Below are positions 44,927 through 55,960 of a stretch of 64,000 nucleotides of DNA, piece by piece. The position numbers were made by a program, and so were the translations under genes. The stretch's first letter is position 1. Each line of letters opens with the position of its first letter. A model generated the notes under the pieces. The model was not told where the DNA came from. It did not search any database and was given only the letters and a program-made list of their open reading frames with translations. Source of the stretch: Rhizaria sp. SCN 62-66 (taxonomy: Eukaryota); contig MEDY01000010.1 in the NCBI GenBank assembly GCA_001724265.1, positions 62,001 to 126,000 on the forward strand, written 5' to 3'.

Positions 44927-45466
44927 GCTTGAGAGCTGTACGTGTGTGAAAAGGTAACGATCCGTTTCATCGTCAACAGGGTGAGAAAAAAGCAAGGACG
45001 GTTATACACGGTGTACACAGGTTTCGAAAGATAAAATCAGTACATCATATAAAACTAACACGAATATCATCTAACAAACGGACAACATTTTCATTGACGG
45101 ATGTATGAACGAGAACAGCTTGAACTCCTTGGTGCGATTCACGATCGTGACCGTGAACGGGCTCCGACTCTCGCCCAACCACCACATCTATTCCTCCTTT
45201 TTCGCAGATGTATACCTTGTCACGTAGACCATCAGTTAGAATGTAATTGCGTGCATACGAATTCATGTTTTCTCGCCTACCTATTTCTATTTTGTTTATG
45301 TCGTCACTCATCGTATTAACTGCTCTGGACCTATTTTTTTCCCACCCCCTTCGATCGGTAGAACTCTCTCTAACCTCCCCCCGAATACCTAGCTCCAGCT
45401 TCCACCAACTTGGTCAAAGCTCTCACCCAAGACCTTCTCAACCTAGCCCACCTTCCTTTTCACATA

Positions 45467-46513
45467 ATGGGTGCAACGTGCGCCAAAGAGCGCCAGAACT
45501 GGGAAGACGTGAAGCGCGGCCCCGACGAGAGCGTGTTCGTGGACCAGATGCCCGACAAGTTCATCTACGACATGCAGCACCTGCCGCGTGCGCCGCGCGA
45601 GCTGCGCGACAACCACATCGACACGAACCGCGGATCGAGTGCGTCGACGCGCAAGCTGGCCGCGGGCGGGAACCTGCCCGGCGACCCCGACGGCGACGGC
45701 GACACGGCCGCCGCCAACAACGGCGGCTGGGGCTCCGACGCCGAGACCGACCTGACCGACAACGAAACCCTCTCAGGGGCTCGCACAGCCGACCCCGACG
45801 GTGCGCCTCTGCCGCAGGTGAACCCTGAAGACGAGGGCGTCGAGGGCACGTCCTCCGGCGCCGCCAAGGTGATCCGGCCCTACCGGAACGAGCGCGCGCC
45901 CGTGGCCTCGCTCAGCGGGTCCCTGTACAAGGAGATGCCAGGCGACACAACGTTCAAGCCGGTCGCGGCCTCGGGCCTGGACGCCGCGGCCGCGGCCGCC
46001 ATGGTTGACGGCGGGACCAACGATCAATACCACATCATCCTGCCCGCGCGCCTGACTGCCGCGCGCGCCGGCGACGGCGGTGAGGGCGAGGAGCTCGCGC
46101 TGCTCATCAACGCCGCTGAGGCCGAGGTGACGGCACTCAACACGGGCGACGACAGCGAGGCGATGCGCAGGAAGGAGGCGAAGCGTAAGGAGGAGGAGAA
46201 GCTGCAACGCGTGAAGCGCATCGAGATGATGGCGCGCAAGTTCCCGCACTTCGTCATGGGGCTCCGCTCCGAGCGCGGCAAGATGTACGTCACCACCTCC
46301 AAGTACTTCACCTACAACCACGGCGTGGCGCGCAAGGGCTTGTCGAAGGACATCCGCATGGAGATTGCGCGCTCGCGGCGCCAGCGCGTCATCGCGAATG
46401 AGACAGAGCGCCAGCTCGTGCTCAAGTTCGAGGAGGACGAGGCCGCAGCTAAGGCGCTGCGCAAGGTCAACAAGGCTGCGGAGAACGCGGACAAGCAGAC
46501 GGCCTTCTTGTGA
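45467..46513 (+). CDS. Hypothetical protein with N-terminal myristoylation/palmitoylation-like motif, 348 aa
   Basis: Starts MGATCAKE where composition turns GC-rich; charged helical C-terminal half; TGA stop. Confidence 0.8.
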   Translation: MGATCAKERQNWEDVKRGPDESVFVDQMPDKFIYDMQHLPRAPRELRDNHIDTNRGSSASTRKLAAGGNLPGDPDGDGDTAAANNGGWGSDAETDLTDNETLSGARTADPDGAPLPQVNPEDEGVEGTSSGAAKVIRPYRNERAPVASLSGSLYKEMPGDTTFKPVAASGLDAAAAAAMVDGGTNDQYHIILPARLTAARAGDGGEGEELALLINAAEAEVTALNTGDDSEAMRRKEAKRKEEEKLQRVKRIEMMARKFPHFVMGLRSERGKMYVTTSKYFTYNHGVARKGLSKDIRMEIARSRRQRVIANETERQLVLKFEEDEAAAKALRKVNKAAENADKQTAFL

Positions 46514-46832
46514 GTGCACCGCATCGCTTCCTGAATTATTGCACCTTGTCGTTGAGATCGCTTGCTGATGTGGGTGCTTTATCCAAAGTTATTGCAGCTT
46601 TTTGTTGCTGACGTGTGTGGGCCAGACGTGTAAACCCTGACTGGACGCTGAGTTTGTGTTCATACAATACAAAACATGTCAACTCGATATCAATGGTTGT
46701 AGTTCTTGTATTGTGTTTGAAAAATAAAACTATGTCAACTTGTGCTAATGTAACGAAAATGAACACAAAATGATCATTTTGTGCTTTGTGCTCTGTAAAG
46801 GTCTAGGTTTTCATGAGATGCGGGTTAGCGTT

Positions 46833-47684
46833 TTAACGAGAAGCATTGTAGTTGTTCCCGTCATAATGCCTATCGCGCTCAGAGCGATCACGGCTCGCCC
46901 CATTGGTATGGCTGTTGCCACTGCCACTGCGGCTGTTGTGATGACGCTGCTGCTGCGTTCCCCAATGAGTCTGAGCCTGACCCTGAGCCTGGCCCTGCGC
47001 CTGTGCCTGCGCCTGCGGTTGAGGTTGCTGTTGCTGTCGCTGCTGCGCTTGTGACTGCTGTTGGCCCCTCACGTTCCCACTGACAGAAACCACATTCACG
47101 CTCGCATTCCCCTCGGAGCGCTCGCCAAACACAATCGCCTCGGCCTGCGGCACGAATCGGCGCACCGGCGGCGCACCTCCCCCGCCCCCGTCTATAGTGA
47201 GTGCACCCGCACCAGCAGCCCCCGCCGCGCCAGTCACCCCGTCGCCCGCAGCGGCCGTCCCCGCGGTAACTGAGCCTGTGCGCGCGGAGGGCGGCGCGCG
47301 CTGGTGGCGCCGGTTCTTGTTCTGCGCGGCCGCGATGGCGCGGAGCTGCGCGTTCACGGCGTCGCCGACGCGGATATTCTTCGGGATGTGGACGTAGCGC
47401 ACGTGCCGGTTGCGCACCGTGTAGAGCGCGTAGTTGCGCGGCGGGGAGATGGCGTCCCAACCGCCCATGCGCGAGACGCGTGCGTTTTTGAGCGTGATGA
47501 CCCAGTCGTTTGTGGCGTTGGCGAGTAGACCGACGACCTCGTAGTCGCTCGTGAGCTCGACGCATATCTGCTTGTCATAAAGCGCGCGAAGAATGAAGCC
47601 CATAAGGTTGTCGCCGGGATGGGGCGGCACGCGGGGGGCAGTTGAGGCCGCGGATGACGCGCTGGGGGAGGACTGTGCGGACAT
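46833..47684 (-). CDS. LSM10: Sm-like protein, LSM10-like (U7 snRNP-specific), with Gln/Gly-rich tail, 283 aa
   Basis: NLMGFILRALYDKQICVEL..VVGLLANA..ITLKNA (Sm1) and YTVRNRHVRYVHIP..V.DAVNAQL (Sm2); VRYVHIP followed by a helix ending QL is the pattern I recall for Lsm10 rather than SmD1/SmD3/Lsm2/Lsm4; TAA stop. Confidence 0.72.
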   Translation of the reverse strand: MSAQSSPSASSAASTAPRVPPHPGDNLMGFILRALYDKQICVELTSDYEVVGLLANATNDWVITLKNARVSRMGGWDAISPPRNYALYTVRNRHVRYVHIPKNIRVGDAVNAQLRAIAAAQNKNRRHQRAPPSARTGSVTAGTAAAGDGVTGAAGAAGAGALTIDGGGGGAPPVRRFVPQAEAIVFGERSEGNASVNVVSVSGNVRGQQQSQAQQRQQQQPQPQAQAQAQGQAQGQAQTHWGTQQQRHHNSRSGSGNSHTNGASRDRSERDRHYDGNNYNASR

Positions 47685-48247
47685 GGGGTGGAGCGAAATC
47701 TGTTGTCACGAAAGCTCAACGAGAAAGTTGATTAGTTCTCCTCAATGGTCTATGCGTTAAGTATAATTAGAGATATACATATTTTATGAGGGTTCTCAAT
47801 TCATATTGCTGCCACACATCTGTTAACGGAAATATGAGAGCACGGCATGATGTTTAAGCTTGGTTCATCCTAATTTGACTAGTGTTTGAGAGCAAGACAG
47901 AGTTCGTAGATATGATGCTTATACTTGCACATATATCATCACACAAAACACGAACACAGTTGAAACACGTTTATACAGCGCATTAACCTAACGTAACGCT
48001 ATTTAATGTTGTTTGTCGCCATCAATTCCAGCTCTCGAACTGAGCACCGGGTTTAGAGTCATTCGCCACAATGGTAAGAAGTGCTATTTAGTACATGTAC
48101 TACAGAAAACCAGTGCAAAGGAGAGTAAAGTGTAATTGTATTATACAAAAAATACATATCAGGGCTATTTAATTCAAGGTTAATCAAAGATGCATTACTT
48201 AAACAGCATTAATAGTGCTGATACACGTTATCGCGATACTCGGAGAG

Positions 48248-51200
48248 TTACATCTTGGGTGCCTGGCTCATCAGAATGCGGCTCGACTTGGCCAGCAGGT
48301 CCCTCCCCACGCACACGGGGCACGCCATCGGCAGTGTCACCCCGCTTGACTGCACCGCCGCGAGCACTTGCGCGAGCAGCGTGGCCTGCACGTGTTCCAG
48401 CCCCGGCACCGCGGCCCTGACCAGCTCCGGCATGGCGGCGACCGGGGTCGCGTGGCCGCACGAGAAGGCGCACAGCACGTGCTCTGGCGTGGCAGCCAGC
48501 TCGGCGCAGATCAGTTCAAACGGGGCGAGGCCGGCGTCGGAGCCCAAGCGGGCAGGGCGGGCGGTCGCGCCCTCACTGGCACCGGCGGCCGCTACGGCGG
48601 TGGGTTGCGCTGCCAGGGCCGAAGCGACGGAAGCAGGGAACTGGGTGAACACGGTCGCCAGCGGGATGACAAGGGGGACCGGAGGCGTCGTGACGTCGTC
48701 ATCGTCGTTCACGCCGTTGCCGATGTTCGAATGTCGGCTGTTCTTGTTGCCGGTCATCGGTGAGCTAGCAGAGTGCGTGTGCGCAAAGAAAGGCTCAAAG
48801 ACTGCAGTGGCTTCTGACGCTGAGTGAGACACGATCGAGAGCACGCGCTGCCACAACTGAGGGTCCATCACAGTGCTCGTCTTGCCGCGACTGCTGGAGC
48901 TCGCCGCCAGTGAGCTCTCCGCCAGACTAGCACTCAACACCGCGTCCGCGTTGCTGGCTGAACTCACGGCAGCAGACTCGGCGCTCACGGAGTCAGCGTG
49001 CACGGCGAGTGCGGCCAGCGCGTTGACAGCAGTATCCGCGCCAGCAGCAGTTTCGCGGCGACGGCTCTGTTGCTGCGGATTGCGGTTGTTGCGACGCCGC
49101 TGGAGCAAGCTAAGAGTCGTAGTCGCGGCAACCGTCGCGTTCTCCGCAGTCGCCTGGCTGCCGTCGCAAGACTGCGGCCGCAGCGCCGCCTGGGCATCAG
49201 CAAGCTGGGTGAGCGTGAGCGCGTGCGCCTCGGGCGTCAGCGCCAGCGCGGCCGCCGCGGCAACGGCGACGCGCGGCGACAGCAGCAGCGGCAGCGCGAG
49301 CGGGTGCGCGGCGGGCGCCGCGCCCGAGCCCGGAGCGGCGGGGTGCGTGAGTGGCGCCTCAGCGAGCACTGCGGCGACGGCGGCCGCGGGGGGCAGGCCC
49401 GCCGTGTAGGGCGAGGACATGAGCAGGGAAGCGAGCGCGGGGCCAGCGGTGTCGACACCGGAGGCGGCAGCGGAGGCATTGCTCGCGTTCACGGTCGGCC
49501 CAGTCGCGGTTGCAAGAGTAGCGGGCGTGAGAAGCACCTGCTGCACGACCGACACTAGGGGCGGCAACGGGACTGCGAGCGTGTTGCGTGCGTGACCACA
49601 AACATGGCTAACGAGGCTCACGTCACGGAGAGAGGCCGTGAGCACACTGGCGTTGTCGGGAGCACACGCAAACATACTTGTTGTATCTGTGCTGGCGTCT
49701 GCAGTACTAGTGTTGACAACGAGAGGGGCGTGCAAGAACACGCCTGCCAGCACTGCGCCAACAGGGGCGACGGCAGCGGTCCAGCGGCTAGTCTTATTGC
49801 CGTTACAACTGGCAGTCATGACGGGCACGGGAAGACCAGGGCAGATACACTCAGTGAGGTACGCCTCGAGAGGCTGCAACGGCCATTGTGACAGGAGTGT
49901 CAGCACAGAAGTCGCAGCTTTAACGCCAGCGTGGCTGTTGATGCTGTTCGGAAGCTGCGACCAGGTTTGCGCCACGATGGGAGCCGCAGTTGCAGCCCAT
50001 GTAGAAGCAGCAGAAGTGACTGTGATTGCAGCTGCAGCAACAGTCGTCAAGCAACGGTTCACGGCAGCAGCCTCGAAAGCACTGAACGTCGAAGCAGACA
50101 GGTTGTGGCAAGAGGAGCTGTTCTGCGTGTGACCCGAGGCAGAAATGCAGACACGACAATCGGCAGGAGACACACACTTACTCGCGTTACAGGTGGCAGT
50201 GAGTCTAAGTAATGTCTCATGCAGCACAGGCAGCGCACGAGACCAGAACGCAGTCAGCATCAGCGCACGCACAGCTCCAATAAAGCCGTCGGAGACGCTC
50301 GACCCATCCGCGGTTGTGCTGAAGACTGTGACAGCACCAGAACCGAGCTGCGACACATGAGTAACGAGCGAACGGCCCGACTGAGAGCAGAGCAGCTGCA
50401 GCAAGCCCTTGCCAGACGACATACTAGACCGCGCAGAGGCTCCAGAGAAGGGCACGGCCAGCGGCGTCCAAGCAGCCATCATTTGCAGGGTCTGAGTTAG
50501 GCTTGAGTGCAAGAAGAGTTCAGCGGTCGGCACAGACAGCTGCAACGGCAGCGAAACGGTCGTCAGACTGGCAGAAGCGGCAGTGCTGCTGCTCGTGGAC
50601 ATTCCCGCGCTGTGGGTGGTGCTCTTCAACACCAAACGGTTGTTGGCGCTGCTGCTCGTAGTTGTGGCTGTAATTGAGTTTGCAGTTGTAACAGATGTGA
50701 AATGTTGGGCAGTTTCTGCGATCAGGGTCGGAGTAATCAGCAACCACTGAACAACCGTCGTCGCACCGGTGTCATTGCACGCACTCGCAAGCGCAGTCGG
50801 CCGGTAGGCTCCGTGGAGCGACAACATCGATGACACGCACAACGGCAAGAGCGAGGAACGGGTCTCGCTCAAGTCGTGCCACATACTAGGCATACTCTCT
50901 GACAGCGCGTAAACGACGTTAGGCTTGCTCACGCCATCACCAGCCTCATCATTGCCGTCATCGTTGTTGTCATCGTTGACGAGAGCAGAGTTCACGCGTG
51001 CAGAGAGAACACTGAAGTACTCGTCAGCCTCCTTGACCCGCTGCATGATTTTCTCGGTCCTGCTCGCCTCGTCCATCGCCGTCAGCCGCACCAACGCGTT
51101 GAGGTACGTCTCGACGACGGCGCGCACTAGCTTGCGCAGAGACGCCGGCACCTGCTGCGGCGGCTGGCCGCGGGCCGCGGCGGCCGAGGCGGCGGCGGCC

Positions 51201-54200
51201 GTCGTGCTGGCGAGCACGGACGCGGGGATGTGCGAGGCCCAGATCGAGCCGGACTTGCGGAAGCGCGCGACCATCACCGGCGTCACCACACCACGGGGCG
51301 CGGTGACACTCGCGCTCGCGTCCTGCTGAGTCGCGTGTGTACTGGGGATTAATGGAGTCGCTGCTTGGGGTGCGTTGCAGTCATACACAGAACAGTCAGT
51401 CGAAAGGAAGAGACTGTGAGCGCGTCCCTTAGCCTCTGCACTCAGCGCAATCGCGCTCACATTCACCACGTCAATCGCCGCAGCAGCAGACTTACCTGCG
51501 TCACGCCCACTGTAGCTCCCCGCGTTATTATTGGCGTTCGTAGCCAGCGGCGACTGCGAAAGCACCAACACGCCGCGCCTAAGCGCGAGGCGTCCGGCCG
51601 CGTTGGCGCCGGGGCCGCCGCCGACCGCGGCACTCGCCGACGGGGGCAGGCCGTCGGCGTGCGCGAGCGCGGCGGCGACCGCGGGGGCCACGGGGTAGCC
51701 CGGATCGAGCAGCTCGCATAGACGTTGCAGCCCGGCGCGCGGCAGCGTCGGTAGCAGTGAGGCGAGCAGGGAAATGTAGCCCGCGATGTTGTAGTGACTA
51801 GAGGCGGCGGCGGCGGCGGCGAGGGCGGCGGCCGGGGCGCACGCGAGAAGGGCCAGCGCGCGCGTGGCTGGAGGCAGCGCGGGCGCAGAGTGGGGCGGCG
51901 GCAGCGCGAGGGCCAGAGCAGCCGCGACACGGGGACTCAGGCGGCGCTTAACAGTGTGCTTACTTGCGGAAAGACGCTGTTTGTCACTGTCGATGTCAAT
52001 CATGATGTTCTTCGCATTACTCATGTGAGCATCAACGTCGCAGATGTTGTTGATCGTGCCGTTCGCATCTTCGTTGTTGTCGTCGTTCTTGGCAACAACC
52101 TCCGAGTCGACGACCGAGACGACGGACGACACAGTGCCCAACCTGGGGGACAATTGCTGCTCGCAGTCGCTCGCATTGGTGTCACGATCACTATCACTAT
52201 CGCCAGCCTGCGACGACAGCGCGGCCAGCGACACGCGTGACGCGCTGTGTCGCATGATCTCGCCGAGGCCCTCGCCCAGCTGGCTCAAATCGAAGTTGGG
52301 CACGGTGCCGACCGAGCCCAGCATCACGGGGCTGCGCACCGCCCTGTTGTACGCGCCCTGGCTGTGGCCGTGGCTCGGCGACGCGGCCGACGCAGAGCCC
52401 GACAGCGCGGGGGATCGGTTGCTCTCGAGCGGCGGCAGCGCGATGCCCGCGGCGGCCAGCGCAGCAGCCACGGCAGCCGCAGCCGGGTGCGGGGCGCGGC
52501 GCAGGAGTTTGTGATTGTACGGAGTGCCACCGGTCTCAGCGGCAGTAATGGAGCCGCTGTTAGCGTTAGCAGCGGCAGCGGCAGTAGCGGAAACGGCGCG
52601 AGGACGAGCGCTCCCGCTGATGCTGTTGATGGTGGTGGCAACGGCGCGCAGCGGTGTTGCGGTATCAATCCCGCTATTCGCAACAAAGTGAGGCGACCGG
52701 CTCGAATACACCGGCGTGAGAGAACTGCGACGACGATGACTGTGGTTGTGGGCGTAGTTGACTGCAATATCGCTGCCATCACCACTGCGGCGAGGCAAGG
52801 GCAAGGGCACGAGAGCGAACCCGTCATCGCCAGTGGCAGGGCTAGCGTTGCCAAGCTTGCTTGGGTCGAAGTCATCGGGAAGCGTCCCGACCACAGGGGC
52901 TCCCGGTGCAATGCCGCTCGCACTACTGAACACGACAGCGCTGCCGTCTCCAGTCGTGTTCAAGTGTTCCTCCGCGTTGCTGTACAGAGAGATGTCGTCA
53001 AAGACTCTCACAGTGACGCCGCTGTTGCTGCTGGCATTGCAAGCAGCAGTGCCGACAGGCGTAGCAACGCTCACAGAGGCAGCGATGGCTGCGATGTCGC
53101 GACTCACCAGCAGTTGCACACGCTTGCTCAGCGCACCAAGGCCAACTCGAGTGTCGCCTTCGTGCCGAGCTCGCGGGCGAACTGCAGCAGCAGCGCGCGC
53201 GACAATGGGCTCAGGCAGCGTCGTCACATGCGCCGAGAGCAGTGCGTACGCATAGCCGAGCCCCGTCACGGCCATGTCTTGCGGCGGCGCGTGCCGCAGC
53301 GCCGCGGTCAGCGCCTCGCGAGCCGCAGGGCCTTCTCCAGGCGGCGCGCGCGGCGGGGGCGGCCCCGCGGACGCGGAGGCAGAGGCGGCGAGAGTGAAGT
53401 ACAGGTCGCAATCGTCGGAGGACAGGGGATCGTTGGAATATGCGTCAAGATCTTCGGGGTGTTGACTGTGGTAGGGATCGTTTAAAGGGAGTGCCAAGCC
53501 GAGAAGAACAGCTAACTCGTTCACATGGGACTTAGACGTGGGCTTTGAGCGAGCGTATTTCGGCAGCGACTTGGTGTAAACTGTGAGGGCATTCGTATCG
53601 CTAACGCTACCGCAGCTCGTGTTTGCCGCAGCCGTCATGGCAGCATCAGAGCTTTCGCTCTCCGAGTCAGACTCAGATCCAGAGTGACTGCCGCTGTCGG
53701 CGTCACAGTCTGAGTCAGAGCTGACGCCGGTGATATGAGTGTGGCGCAGCCAGGGCGCGTTGATGGGGAAATCTTCGCCTGCAATGCGCGCGCTGACATC
53801 CCGGAGTCCGCCCTTCGTCGCCGCGCGGGTGGGGGACTTCGCGGCTGCAAGAGTGTTGTTGTGGAAGTTGCTGTTGTGGCGGGACACGAGCACGTATTCT
53901 CCGTCATTGCCATCCAAGTCCGAGTCACTGCCACCGACATTGTTGCCATCGTCGTCGCCGCCCTCCTCTTCTTCCTCTTCTTCGGCCAGCACAGCGACGG
54001 CGAGAGCTTCGCGTTCGACGCGCGCCAGAGCCATCAGGTTCAGACGCATCATGACGAGCTCAAGCGTGGCAGTGACGCCACCCGCCGCCATCAGGACTGC
54101 GCCAACGTCGGTGCTCAGGAGGTCCTTCTCGCGGCTCTGGGATGCGAGGCCGACACTCGCAGCAGACAGGGCAGCGCTCCACGCGCTATGACTACTATTG

Positions 54201-55929
54201 GCACTAGAAGTTGTCGTTGAGAATGCGGCTGCTGTCAGTGTGAGCAGCAGTGGCGTTGCGCGACGATCGCGCGCGAATGACAGAGCCAAGGACATTCCTG
54301 GGCCAGCAGCAGTGGCAGTGGTCGAGCCCGAGGTGGCGGCAGCCGCCGCAGCGGCGGCCGCGACGGCAATCACACTCCTGGACGCGGACTTGTTCGCATC
54401 GACAGCAGGAATCAGCGACCGCGCGTGCGAGGCCACAGCGCCTGCTGCGGCGTTCACGCTCGCGGGCTGCGACGCGAAGGCCGTAAGCGAGTGCAGCATC
54501 AGCAGCGTATGCGACACAGGGAGGGCGCGGCGGCGAGTCAAGACTGCGGCGGGCAGCATGCGGGCGCAGAGGGAGTCGAGAGCGACGGTCTCGTCCACGC
54601 TCACACCGGCGCCAGCGCCGCTGACTTCATTCACGCTCGCAGTAGCGTTTGCGGCTTTGTCAGTGCCAGAGTGCGAGGTAGCATTCGTATTCTTCGCGTT
54701 CAGAAGCAAGCGCAGCCATTGCCCGACGCCGGAGCCTGCGTCAGCAACGACAACACTTGCGGCCGCCCTGCCGTTGCGCCGACTCGCACTCGCAGCGTTC
54801 GCGGCTGCGGCGGCCTTGACACTGGCGTTGGCGTCGGAGCCAGTGTACAGAGCAGTCGCGGCGCCGCCGGTGCGGGCAAGCCATGCGACCGCCGCGGCAG
54901 TCTCGCTCTCGGCCGACTCCGCGGCGGCGTTGAGCAGCCCGCTCTGCTGCATGGCGAGGCGGCGTGCAGAGTCGGCGGCCTGCAGAGCGTGGCTGTGGGC
55001 GGCGAGCTCAGCCTGAGATGCGAGACCGAGATCGGTGACGAGCGGGGAAGCAGCAACGTCCCAGACCGTCCACTCGTGTACTGCCTCCACGTCGACAGCG
55101 GCGCCACTGTCAGCACTCTTCGTGATTGCAGACACGGACTCAATAACGGCGTTCTTGAGCGACATAAGCGCATCCTCAGCTTCCGTAGCCGCAGCTTCGG
55201 CCGCCGCGGCCACAGCTTCCTGCTCGGCGGCCTCAGCGCTAGCAAGCACCAGCGCACGCAGTTGCGTGAGCGCGTACAGAGTCACAAGCGTCGCCGTCAC
55301 AGTCGCCTCAGAAGAGACGATTGCGGGGACGACGGCGCCTGATGCGACTGCGGCGGCGCCGGCAGCAGTGTCGAGCGTGGCAGCCAGTGCAGCGGCATCA
55401 ACACCGGCAAAGACCGATGACGGCGGGAAGGACAGCGCGCGGGGAGCGACGGACGCGGCCGCGAACGAGCGCAGCGCGTGTGATGGCCGGCGCCACGCAG
55501 CGACAGCGTTAGTGCCCATCGAGCCCGAAGCACTGCGACGAGAACGAGACTGCTGCTGTCGGAGTTGAGCACTGGAAGGTGCATACGAATCCCACAGCGT
55601 TGCCAGAGTCGCCTCGGTCGTGAAGGCAGAGGCAGATGCGGAGTGGCTTGCACGCAGCGCCGCAGCAGCTGCGGCAGCAACAGCAGCGGGACCAGCGGCC
55701 GCAGAAACAGCTAGGGCGTTGGAAGCTGTGGAAGCTGCCGTGGTTGCGTTGGTAGGCAGCGGCGGGTAGCCCAACGTGACCGAGCAAACGAGCGAAGACA
55801 CATCGGGCCAGATCGTCGTCGTGGCAGCAGCAGCACTAGTGTTTGCAGTGACAGAGTCGCTACTCACGACTGGCGTCAAGACAGTTGCTGGCTGTTCGAT
55901 GCTTGCGTGTGCGGTGTCGCTGCGATCAC

Positions 55930-55960
<31 letters not shown>

